From contig NC_016012.1 of NCBI RefSeq assembly GCF_000283555.1, positions 690,001 through 722,000 on the forward strand: a stretch of DNA of 32,000 bases, in the 5' to 3' direction. Below are positions 10,276 through 18,869 of the stretch, piece after piece. Source of the DNA: Candidatus Arthromitus sp. SFB-rat-Yit (GTDB taxonomy: Bacteria > Bacillota > Clostridia > Clostridiales > Clostridiaceae). Below the pieces are notes generated by a model, which saw only the letters and a list, made by a program, of their open reading frames with translations, did not search any database and was not told where the DNA came from. The position numbers and the translations under genes were made by a program. Each line of letters starts with the position of its first letter. Within the stretch, counting starts at the first letter, position 1.

Positions 10276-13200
10276 ATGAAAGTTTTAAAAATAGAGGTAT
10301 GGGAAGATGCGAGAAGGGTTTTGGTTTATGTTGAATATGAAGATGATTTTGATAAAGAAGGTCTAAAGGCAAGGCTTAGAAGTCAAGTAGACCGAAATTT
10401 TAATTATGAGATTATTTTGATAAAAATTTTTAACGATAAGTCGATAAATGGATTTTTACATAATAGCTATGAATCATTTCTTGAATATGTTAAAGTTACT
10501 AATCCAATGTTACATCCAATTTTCTCTGTAATGCCTAATTCGGTTGATGATAAGCTGATCTTTACCTCTTCTAACGATTTTTTAATAAGAAGGTTTAATG
10601 AAAATAATACGAATTTAGAACTTGAAGCTTTTATAAAATCTTTTTTTGGTATAGATGTTAAGATAGAAATTATCCATGGAATTCAACATAAAGAGCATAT
10701 TAAAATTAAGGATGATGTTTTTGTTAAAGATAAGAGCACTAATTTTGTTCAAACTGATTCAAATATTTTAAAGAGTAAAGAGAGGCAGATTAAATATTCA
10801 GATGATTGCGTTATTGTTGGGAAACAAATTTCTGAAAGTGCAATTGAAATATCTTCAATTACTATTCCTGAAAAAAATATAGTTATTCAGGGATGTGTTT
10901 TTAATCAGAAAGTTATAACAACTAGAACGGGTAAAGAAATTCTTAATTTTTATATTAATGATGATACTTCATCTATAAATGTAAAATATTTTTTGAAATC
11001 TAAAGATAATGGAGAGATCTTAGATAAAATAAAAAATGATTCTAACATTAAAGTTAAAGGTGAGGTTGTGTTAGATAGATTTACAAATGAGTTGGCTATT
11101 ATTGCGTATAATATTAATTCAATTAATAAGATTGTGCGTAAAGATGTTTATGAAGAAAAGCGTATTGAACTACATACTCATACAAACCTTAGTACTATGG
11201 ATTCTGTAATTAATGTTAATGAACTATTTAAAACTTTAAAAGAGTGGGGGCATAAATCTGTTGCGATCACTGATCATAATGTTGTTCAAGCATATCCTAG
11301 TATCATGGATGCATCTAAAAAATTTGGAGTTAAACCGATTTATGGTATAGAAATTAATATGATTGATGATTTGAAACCTCTTATTAATAATACAGATTGT
11401 AAGACAATTAATGATACTTTTGTTGTTTTTGATATTGAAACTACGGGGTTTTCAAATGTTAGTGAAAAAATAATTGAGATTGGTGCTGTTAAAATTAAAA
11501 ATGGAGAGATTATAGATGAGTTTTCGACTTTTGTTAATCCAGAGAAAGTCATACCATTTAATATCACAGAACTTACATCTATAAGCAATGAGATGGTGGC
11601 ATCTGCTCCTGTTATTGAAGATATTATTGGAAAGTTTTATGATTTTTGTTCTGGAGCTGTACTTGTTGCTCACAACATAGATTTTGATATGTCATTTATT
11701 AGGCGAAATGGTGATAAATTCGGATATAGTTTTAAAAATTCTTTGCTTGATACTATAGACATATGTAAACTTTTGTTTCCAGAACTTAAGAGATATAGGT
11801 TAAATGTGGTTGCGAAACATTTGGCTATACCTCTTGATAATCATCATAGGGCGGTGGATGATGCTAGAGCAACTGCGATCATTTTGATTAAATGTTTTGA
11901 AATTTTAAAATCACGGGAAATTTTGAGTTTAGATGATTTGAATAAAGAGTATAAAGAAAACATAGGAACATCAAAATTCTTTACATATCAAGCTATATTG
12001 CTTGCAAAAGATTATACGGGATTAAAAAATATATATAAGCTTGTGTCTAAAGGGCATTTGGAATATTTTTTCAAAACATCAAGGATTCCAAAGAGTGAGA
12101 TATTAAAGCATCGGGAAGGTATATTAATAGGTTCATCTTTTAGGGAGGGTGAAATATTTAAGGGGATTACTGATTATTTGGACAAGGATAGAATTGATAA
12201 TTTGGTAAATTTTTATGATTATTTTGAAGTTTCTCCACCTATTAATTGCACTGAGCAAATTAAATCTGAGAGATTTAAAGATCATAAAGAAATTGAAGAT
12301 ATTGTCTTTGAAATTTATAATTTGGGGAAAAATAATGGGAAGTTAGTTGTTGGAGTTTCAAATGCTCATTACATAGAAAAGAAAGATAATATTTATAGAA
12401 ATATTTTGAGGGTTTGCCAGAATTTTAAGGTTAATTTGGATGATACAAGTTTGTATTTGAGAACTACGGATGAAATGTTTGAAGAATTTAAGTTTTTACC
12501 AAAAGATATAAGAAATGAAATTATAATTTCAAATCCAAATAAAATCAATGATATGATTGATGAAATTTTGCCAATACCAAATGGGACTTTTCCTCCTAAA
12601 ATAGATGGAGCAGATAATGAAATAAGAACTATGACTTATGAAAAGGCACATTCTATTTATGGAGAAAATCTTCATCAAATAATAAAAGATCGACTTGATA
12701 AGGAATTGAATTCAATTATATCAAATGGTTATGCTGTGCTTTATTTAATCGCACATAAGCTTGTTAAAAAGTCATTAGATGATGGATATTTGGTTGGATC
12801 AAGGGGGTCTGTTGGTTCTTCAATTGTTGCGACATTTTGTGGAATAACGGAAGTTAATGGACTTCCACCTCATTATGTTTGTTCAGAATGTAAACATACA
12901 GAATTTATATCAGATGGTAGTGTAAATGCAGGGGTGGATTTGCCACCTAAAAATTGTGTGAAGTGTGGTACTGAATATTTAAGGGATGGATTCGATATCC
13001 CTTTTGAAACATTCTTGGGATTTGACGGAGATAAAGAGCCAGATATTGATTTAAATTTTTCGGGAGAGTATCAACCATTGGTACATAAATACACTGAGGA
13101 ATTATTTGGTAAAGGTTATGTTTTTAGAGCTGGAACTATTGGAACTATAGCTGATAAAACAGCCTATGGATACGTTAAAAAATATTTAGAGGAAATGAAT

Positions 13201-14472
13201 ATTACTGTACCTCAGCCAGAGATTGAAAGATTGTCTAAAGGTCTAACTGGAGTTAAAAGAACAACCGGTCAACATCCAGGAGGTATAATGGTTGTCCCTA
13301 AAGATAATGATATTTTTAATTTTACACCAATACAACATCCTGCGGATGATATTGAGGCTGATGTAATAACAACACATTTTGATTACCATTCTATAAGTGG
13401 TCGTTTGCTTAAACTTGATATTCTTGGACATGATGATCCTACTATGCTTAAGATGCTTAAAGATTTGACTGGATTAAATCCTCAAGAGATACCATTGAAT
13501 GATGAAAAAGTTCTTAGTTTATTTACTGGGGTATCTGCACTTAATATGGATAGTGGATATATAGATTGCTCTGTTGGGACGCTTGGGATTCCTGAATTTG
13601 GAACTAAATTTGTTCGTCAGATGTTACTTGATACAAAGCCAACTACATTTTCGGATCTTGTGAGAATATCTGGTTTATCACATGGGACTGATGTTTGGAT
13701 CAATAATGCACAAGAATTTATTATGAAAGGATATACAACTTTGAAAGATTGTATATCAACAAGAGATGACATAATGGTTTATTTAGTTTATAAGGGATTA
13801 CCGGCTAAAAAAGCATTTGATATTATGGAAAGTGTACGTAAAGGTAAGGGTTTAACGCAAGAATATGAGGAGATAATGGCAGAAAATAAAATAGAATCTT
13901 GGTATATTGAATCTTGCAGAAGAATTAAGTATATGTTCCCTAAAGGTCACGCTGTGGCTTATGTTATGATGGCTGTTAGAATTGCTTATTATAAAGTTTA
14001 TTATCCTATTGAGTATTATACAGCTTATTGTACTGTTAGAGCTGATGAGTTTGATGCAGATTTAATTTGTAATGGAGCAGATCTTATTAAAGAAAGGATT
14101 GGTCAATTAAATGCTTTAGGAAATAATTTAACTCAGAAAGATAAGGGACTTTTAACCATACTTGAAATAGCGTTAGAAGCATATTCACGAGGTATTAAAT
14201 TTCATAAAGTTGATTTGTATAGATCGCATTATAATGATTTTAAAATAGAGGATGGCGGGATACTCCCACCTATTAAAGCATTGCAGGGCGTTGGATTAAC
14301 TGCTTCAAAAAATTTATACGATGCGAGTAGGTTTTGTGAATTTATATCTATTCAAGATTTGAAAAATAGAGCAAAGGTATCTAAAACTGTAATTGAGACA
14401 CTTCAATCTCATGGATGTATAAAGGATTTACCAGAGAATAATCAATTATCTATGAATTTAGATATTTTTTAA
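10276..14472 (+). CDS. polC: DNA polymerase III PolC-type (alpha subunit with intrinsic 3'-5' exonuclease)
   Basis: PHP motif (ELHTHTNLSTMDS), DEDDh exonuclease motifs (FVVFDIETTGFS, AHNIDFDMSFI, HHRAVDDA), a Zn-finger (CSECKH..CVKCG) and the Pol III core (LDILGHDDPTML). ATG 10276, with a GAGG SD, is preferred over GTG 10261. Confidence 0.97.
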   Translation: MKVLKIEVWEDARRVLVYVEYEDDFDKEGLKARLRSQVDRNFNYEIILIKIFNDKSINGFLHNSYESFLEYVKVTNPMLHPIFSVMPNSVDDKLIFTSSNDFLIRRFNENNTNLELEAFIKSFFGIDVKIEIIHGIQHKEHIKIKDDVFVKDKSTNFVQTDSNILKSKERQIKYSDDCVIVGKQISESAIEISSITIPEKNIVIQGCVFNQKVITTRTGKEILNFYINDDTSSINVKYFLKSKDNGEILDKIKNDSNIKVKGEVVLDRFTNELAIIAYNINSINKIVRKDVYEEKRIELHTHTNLSTMDSVINVNELFKTLKEWGHKSVAITDHNVVQAYPSIMDASKKFGVKPIYGIEINMIDDLKPLINNTDCKTINDTFVVFDIETTGFSNVSEKIIEIGAVKIKNGEIIDEFSTFVNPEKVIPFNITELTSISNEMVASAPVIEDIIGKFYDFCSGAVLVAHNIDFDMSFIRRNGDKFGYSFKNSLLDTIDICKLLFPELKRYRLNVVAKHLAIPLDNHHRAVDDARATAIILIKCFEILKSREILSLDDLNKEYKENIGTSKFFTYQAILLAKDYTGLKNIYKLVSKGHLEYFFKTSRIPKSEILKHREGILIGSSFREGEIFKGITDYLDKDRIDNLVNFYDYFEVSPPINCTEQIKSERFKDHKEIEDIVFEIYNLGKNNGKLVVGVSNAHYIEKKDNIYRNILRVCQNFKVNLDDTSLYLRTTDEMFEEFKFLPKDIRNEIIISNPNKINDMIDEILPIPNGTFPPKIDGADNEIRTMTYEKAHSIYGENLHQIIKDRLDKELNSIISNGYAVLYLIAHKLVKKSLDDGYLVGSRGSVGSSIVATFCGITEVNGLPPHYVCSECKHTEFISDGSVNAGVDLPPKNCVKCGTEYLRDGFDIPFETFLGFDGDKEPDIDLNFSGEYQPLVHKYTEELFGKGYVFRAGTIGTIADKTAYGYVKKYLEEMNITVPQPEIERLSKGLTGVKRTTGQHPGGIMVVPKDNDIFNFTPIQHPADDIEADVITTHFDYHSISGRLLKLDILGHDDPTMLKMLKDLTGLNPQEIPLNDEKVLSLFTGVSALNMDSGYIDCSVGTLGIPEFGTKFVRQMLLDTKPTTFSDLVRISGLSHGTDVWINNAQEFIMKGYTTLKDCISTRDDIMVYLVYKGLPAKKAFDIMESVRKGKGLTQEYEEIMAENKIESWYIESCRRIKYMFPKGHAVAYVMMAVRIAYYKVYYPIEYYTAYCTVRADEFDADLICNGADLIKERIGQLNALGNNLTQKDKGLLTILEIALEAYSRGIKFHKVDLYRSHYNDFKIEDGGILPPIKALQGVGLTASKNLYDASRFCEFISIQDLKNRAKVSKTVIETLQSHGCIKDLPENNQLSMNLDIF

Positions 14473-15126
14473 AAGTTCAAATTTATTTTTGTGAAATTTA
14501 ATAAGTCCTTCATCCCTCATTTTACATAAAATGTTAGATAAAGCACTTCTATCAACTGATAAATAATCAGCTAACTCTTGACGATTGAATGGTATTTTAA
14601 AAGTATTGTTTTTAAATAATATAGCACACTCAGAAAGATAAGATAATATTTTTTCTCGTGTGCTTTTTTGTGTTATATGCTTTATCTTGCGAGTTAGTGT
14701 TACGTTTTTATTTGCAAGCATTTTAACTAAATTCTGAATAAGAATTTTGTGAAATTTGCAGGAGAATGTATATATTGTTAAAAGTTTATTGCAGTCAATT
14801 AATAAGATGTTGCTATTTTCTCGTGCTATTATTGAAATAGGAAGAGAGTTTACGTCTGCGTATGAAAATGATTCTGCAAAAACTTCTCCTGTTTGTAATA
14901 CTGAAAAAATTGTACGTTTTCCCCAATAGTCTTCTTGAATAATATTGGCACTTCCTGATAAAACAATGCCAATATATTGAGGTTTGTCTTCCATATTTAA
15001 AATGGATACGCCTTTTTTGACATTTAAAAATTTTGCATTTAAAGAAGAAAGTACATAATTTAAGTCATTTTCTTGTATATCTTTAAAAATTAAACATTCT
15101 TTTAGTATAGATAAATAATTTTTCAT
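14458..15126 (-). CDS. Crp/Fnr-family transcriptional regulator (HcpR-like by context, divergent from hcp)
   Basis: N-terminal cNMP-binding-type beta-roll (YIGIVLSGSANII..GEVFAESF) and a C-terminal HTH (RQELADYLSVDRSALSNILCKMRDEGLI). There is no FNR-type N-terminal Cys cluster. Start ATG at 15126 (GGGAG 8 nt upstream) is preferred over 15168, which has no SD. It is the only convincing minus-strand gene in the window. Confidence 0.85.
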   Translation of the reverse strand: MKNYLSILKECLIFKDIQENDLNYVLSSLNAKFLNVKKGVSILNMEDKPQYIGIVLSGSANIIQEDYWGKRTIFSVLQTGEVFAESFSYADVNSLPISIIARENSNILLIDCNKLLTIYTFSCKFHKILIQNLVKMLANKNVTLTRKIKHITQKSTREKILSYLSECAILFKNNTFKIPFNRQELADYLSVDRSALSNILCKMRDEGLIKFHKNKFELLKNI

Positions 15127-15139
15127 TTTTTCTTCTCCC

Positions 15140-15181
15140 GTTGTTTTAACAACTAAAAATTTTTTCATAGTGTAGTATAAT
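15140..15181 (+). promoter_or_regulatory. candidate hcp promoter: inverted repeat GTTGT-N4-ACAAC (15140-15153) upstream of a TATAAT -10 box (15176-15181)
   Basis: TATAAT is a perfect -10 hexamer with no recognisable -35. The 14-bp inverted repeat is centred at 15146.5, about 41.5 bp upstream of a start site assumed 7 nt past the -10. Prediction from sequence only. Confidence 0.35.
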
Positions 15182-15197
15182 GAAAACTTAAAGTCAA
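15169..15197 (-). promoter_or_regulatory. candidate promoter for the Crp/Fnr regulator (TTGACT-17 nt-TACACT on the minus strand)
   Basis: Reverse complement of 15192-15197 is TTGACT and of 15169-15174 is TACACT, with a 17-nt spacer. The inverted repeat at 15140-15153 would then lie in the transcribed leader. Weak -10, so speculative. Confidence 0.25.
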
Positions 15198-15227
15198 GTT
15201 AATTATGAGAATTAATGGAGGATTTTT

Positions 15228-16816
15228 ATGAAAGAAATGTTTTGCTTTCAATGCGAGCAGACAGCTATGGGAGAAGGATGTACTGGAAGATCAGGTATAT
15301 GTGGGAAACAAAATCATATAGCTAATATTCAAGATAAATTAACAGTAGATTTAATTGAATTATCACAAATTGTAAATGATTGTAAAAAAACAGATAAGAT
15401 TGATCGTTTGATATTAGAAGGATTATTTACAACAGTAACTAATGTTAATTTTGATGAGGAATCTATTCAAAATTTAATTAAAGAGATTGAAAATATAAAA
15501 AAATCATTGTTACAAGAAAATTTTAGAAATAAATTTGAGTTTAATTTTGATATATTTTCAGTATGGAATGATGATGAAGATATTAGATCTTTAAAATCAT
15601 TAATTTTGTTTGGTATTCGCGGGATGGCCGCATATACTTATCATGCTTATTTGCTTGGATATACAGATAGAAAAGTATTAGATTTTTTTATAAAGCTATG
15701 ATTGCCTTATTCAGTGATTTAAGTTCAAATGAATTATTTAATTTAGTTATTGAAACAGGTAAGATTAATTTAAAGTGTATTGATTTGTTTAATAGAGCCA
15801 ATACTGAAAGTTATGGAATACCAAAACCTACTCTTGTTCCGCTAACAATTGAGAAAGGTCCGTTTATAGTAATTAGTGGACATGATTTACTTGATTTGAA
15901 GTTACTTTTAGAACAAACAAAAGGTAAAGGGATTAACATTTATACACATGGAGAAATGTTACCAGCACATGGATATCCAAAATTGAAAGAATATTCTTAT
16001 TTAAAAGGTAATTTTGGTACAGCATGGCAAAATCAACAAAAAGAATTTGAAAATATACCTGCACCGATTTTATTTACAACAAATTGTATTATGCCTGTAA
16101 AAGATAGTTATTATGATAGAGTTTTCACTACAAATGTCGTGGCATACCCTGGAATGAAACATATTGATAATAAAAAAGATTTTACACCTGTAATTGATAA
16201 ATCGCTTGAACTTGCAGGATATAATAAAGAATATATTATAAAAGGTATTAATGGAGGAAGTATAGTAAGTACTGGTTTTTCTCATGGATTTGTTTTATCG
16301 ATTTTAGATAAAGTAATTAATGGTGTTAAATCTGGGGTAATTAAACATATTTTTTTAGTTGGAGGATGTGACGGAGCTAAAATAGGACGAAACTATTATA
16401 CTGATTTTGTTAAAAATACTCCAGATGATACTATTATTTTTACGTTGGGTTGTGCTAAATATCGTTTCAATGATCTAGATCTTGGTGAAATTAATGGAAT
16501 ACCTAGGATTATGGATATGGGACAATGCAATGATGCTTATTCAGCGATTCGAGTTGTATTAGCTTTAGCACAGACACTTGAGTGTGATGTGAATGACTTG
16601 CCTATTACATTAGTATTATCCTGGTATGAGCAAAAAGCTGTGGCTATTTTACTTACATTGCTATCACTAAATATTAAAAATATTTTTATTGGTCCTAGTT
16701 TACCTGCTTTTATCTCAAAAAATATATTGAATGTTCTTATTGAAAAATATAATATTACACTAATTTCTACAGTTGAAGAAGACTTAAATAGTATATTAAA
16801 GTGTATACAGTTCTAA
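15228..16816 (+). pseudogene. hcp: hybrid-cluster protein / hydroxylamine reductase (hcp), interrupted by a -1 frameshift at T7 tract 15683-15689 (ORFs 15228-15701 and 15698-16816)
   Basis: ORF1 has the Hcp N-terminal Cys cluster MFCFQCEQTAMGEGCTGRSGICGK. ORF2 carries the remainder (ISGHDL, THGEMLPAHG, TTNCIM, GGCDG, LGCAKYR, MGQCNDAYS, SWYEQKAV). Joined through the T-run, they give a continuous protein of about 529 aa. Confidence 0.85.
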
Positions 16817-16826
16817 TATTTAATAG

Positions 16827-16855
16827 TTGCAATGATAATATAATTGTGCTATAAT
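16827..16855 (+). promoter_or_regulatory. near-consensus sigma-A promoter with extended -10 for the rimP-nusA-ylxR-infB operon (TTGCAA-17 nt-TGcTATAAT)
   Basis: TTGCAA at 16827-16832, a 17-nt spacer, TG at 16847-16848 and TATAAT at 16850-16855. This is the best promoter match in the window. Confidence 0.55.
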
Positions 16856-16891
16856 CCAAAAATAAGATGTTTATTTACATTATTTATTTGA

Positions 16892-16950
16892 GGGAGAGTA
16901 GGTCTTAATGCCTACTCTCCCTGTATTTTACGATGTAAAATTTTTATAAT
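16892..16950 (+). terminator. leader hairpin(s): 11-bp GC-rich stem-loop with interrupted U-tract, then a 7-bp AT stem; candidate attenuator and/or hcp terminator
   Basis: GGGAGAGTAGG (16892-16902) pairs perfectly with CCTACTCTCCC (16911-16921) and is followed by TGTATTTTA. ATTTTAC (16925-16931) then pairs with GTAAAAT (16935-16941), followed by TTTTATAAT. The element lies between the 16827-16855 promoter and the rimP start. Confidence 0.5.
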
Positions 16951-16967
16951 AAAAGAGGAAGGTAGTT

Positions 16968-17429
16968 TTGGATAGTTTGGTTAACTTGATTAGAGAAAAT
17001 ATTAGTAGCACTATAAATGATATAGGATATAAAATTTATCATATTGAGTATGTGAATGAGTTGGGTCACAATTATCTAAGGGTGATGATTAACCATAATG
17101 ATATAAGCGAGAAAATCACTATTAAAGATTGTGAAATTGTTGCGAAAACTATCAATCTTATTATAGATGATCTCGACATAAAGGATAAATTTTTTTTAGA
17201 AGTGTCTTCTCCTGGGATTAATAGAAAGTTATATACTCTAGATCAAATGAAGGACGTAATAAATGAGCGGGTTTGTGTTAGATTGATTAAAAGTTTTGAG
17301 GGAGATAAAAAATATATTGGAACTCTAATTGATGTAAGTAATCGTAGTATTAAAATTAAAATTGAAGATAAAGAATTAGAATTTGACCTTGATATGGTAA
17401 AAAATATAAATTTAGAGGAAATATCTTAG
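16968..17429 (+). CDS. rimP: ribosome maturation factor RimP
   Basis: 153-aa ORF immediately upstream of nusA, in the conserved position. RimP-like features include YLRVMI and EVSSPGINRKL. TTG start with AGAGGAAGG upstream. Confidence 0.9.
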   Translation: MDSLVNLIRENISSTINDIGYKIYHIEYVNELGHNYLRVMINHNDISEKITIKDCEIVAKTINLIIDDLDIKDKFFLEVSSPGINRKLYTLDQMKDVINERVCVRLIKSFEGDKKYIGTLIDVSNRSIKIKIEDKELEFDLDMVKNINLEEIS

Positions 17430-17439
17430 GGGGATATCC

Positions 17440-18585
17440 ATGAATAAAGAATTTATAGATGCACTTAAAATTATAGTTAAAGATAAAGGAATCAGTGAAG
17501 ATTTAATCTTCACAACAATAGAGGATGCTCTTATCGCAGCATATAAGAAAAACTATGCTAATCAAGGAGCCTCTCAAAATGTAAAAGTAACGATGAATAG
17601 AGTTACTGGTGAAATAAAAGTTTTTGCACAGAAATTAATTGTGGAATCGATTCGATATTCTTCTTTGGAAATTATTTTAGATGATGCTCAAAAAATAAGT
17701 CCCTATTATAATATTGGAGATATATGTGATGTTGAGGTTACTCCAAAAAGCTTTGGACGTGTTGCAGCTACGCTTGCAAAGCAAGTAGTAACTCAAAGGA
17801 TTAAGGAAGCAGAACGTGATTTGTTATACAAGGAGTATGTGAAAAAAGAATTTCAAATTATAACAGGTAAAGTTCTTCGTAATGATAAAGATCATGTATT
17901 TATAAATATAGGGCGTATTGAAACCATTTTAAGAACAAGTGACAAAATTCCAAAAGAAAAATTTATGATGAATGAGAAAATAAAACTTTATGTTTCAGAG
18001 GTTATTAATTCACCAAAAGGAACTCAAGTTCATGTTTCGAGAACTGATCCAAATTTTGTAAAAAAATTATTTGAATTGGAAGTTAGTGAAATACAAGAAG
18101 GTATCGTTGAAATTAAAAATATTGTTCGTGAAGCGGGTGCTAGAACAAAAATGTCAGTTTTTTCTAATATGGAAGAGGTTGATCCTGTAGGAGCGTGTGT
18201 TGGAGAGCAAGGTCTTAGAGTAAGAAATGTTGTTAATGAACTTAAAAATGAAAAGATTGATATTATAAAATGGAGTGAGGATCCTGAAGTATACATATCA
18301 AATGCCTTGAATCCCGCTAGTATATATAAGATTTCGCTTGACTCAGAAAAGAAATTAGCCGATGTTATAGTTGATGATTCCCAACTTTCTTTAGCTATAG
18401 GTAAGGAAGGGCAAAATGTAAGGTTGGCCGCTAAATTAACTGGATGGAAGATAGATATAAAGGCATTATCAAAAGTTGAAAATTCTTTACATGAAAGTAA
18501 TGCAAAAGAGGAAGAGATTTATGGAAATAATATTGTCGATGTTAATGAGGAGATAATTCAAGAGGAAATAGTTAATGAAAAATAA
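17440..18585 (+). CDS. nusA: transcription termination/antitermination factor NusA
   Basis: N-terminal RNAP-binding domain, an S1 domain and two KH domains (GACVGEQGLRVRNV, LAIGKEGQNVRLAAKLTGWKIDI), with an acidic C-terminal tail. Confidence 0.97.
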   Translation: MNKEFIDALKIIVKDKGISEDLIFTTIEDALIAAYKKNYANQGASQNVKVTMNRVTGEIKVFAQKLIVESIRYSSLEIILDDAQKISPYYNIGDICDVEVTPKSFGRVAATLAKQVVTQRIKEAERDLLYKEYVKKEFQIITGKVLRNDKDHVFINIGRIETILRTSDKIPKEKFMMNEKIKLYVSEVINSPKGTQVHVSRTDPNFVKKLFELEVSEIQEGIVEIKNIVREAGARTKMSVFSNMEEVDPVGACVGEQGLRVRNVVNELKNEKIDIIKWSEDPEVYISNALNPASIYKISLDSEKKLADVIVDDSQLSLAIGKEGQNVRLAAKLTGWKIDIKALSKVENSLHESNAKEEEIYGNNIVDVNEEIIQEEIVNEK

Positions 18586-18844
18586 AGAAGTTTTACTTAG
18601 AAAATGTATCGGATGCAATGAACGACGTAACAAATATGAACTAATAAGAATATGTAGGACTCCTGACAAAACAATTAAAGTCGATGAAACTTGTAAAGCG
18701 GATGGCAGAGGAGTATATGTTTGTAAAGATAATTTAAAGTGTTTAGATAAAAGTATTAAGTTTAATAAGATTTGTAGATCTTTAAAAATAGAAATTCCGC
18801 TAGAGATTATAAATGAATTACAAAAGAAATTAGAAAAAATTTAG
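18575..18844 (+). CDS. ylxR: YlxR/RnpM-family (DUF448) RNA-binding protein
   Basis: 89 aa with [18 protein letters not shown] and DGRGVYVC. It overlaps the nusA end by 11 nt, has a GAGGAA SD, and sits at the conserved nusA-ylxR-infB position. Confidence 0.85.
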   Translation: MKNKEVLLRKCIGCNERRNKYELIRICRTPDKTIKVDETCKADGRGVYVCKDNLKCLDKSIKFNKICRSLKIEIPLEIINELQKKLEKI

Positions 18845-18869
18845 AATTTATATTAGGGAGGTAGATTTT

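Noticed and set aside
14473-14600. Short AT hairpins (CATTTTA..TAAAATG and CTGAT..ATCAG) just downstream of the polC stop, considered as a possible polC terminator inside the regulator gene.
   Set aside because: The stems are 5-7 bp of mostly A/T with too-short loops and no following U-tract, making them indistinguishable from background in this composition.
15699-15701. Whether the TGA ending hcp ORF1 could be a recoded (selenocysteine or readthrough) codon rather than a frameshift consequence.
   Set aside because: Reading through TGA in the same frame hits TAA seven codons later (tga ttg cct tat tca gtg att taa). The Hcp homology continues in the -1 frame, so a frameshift, not stop-codon recoding, explains the split.
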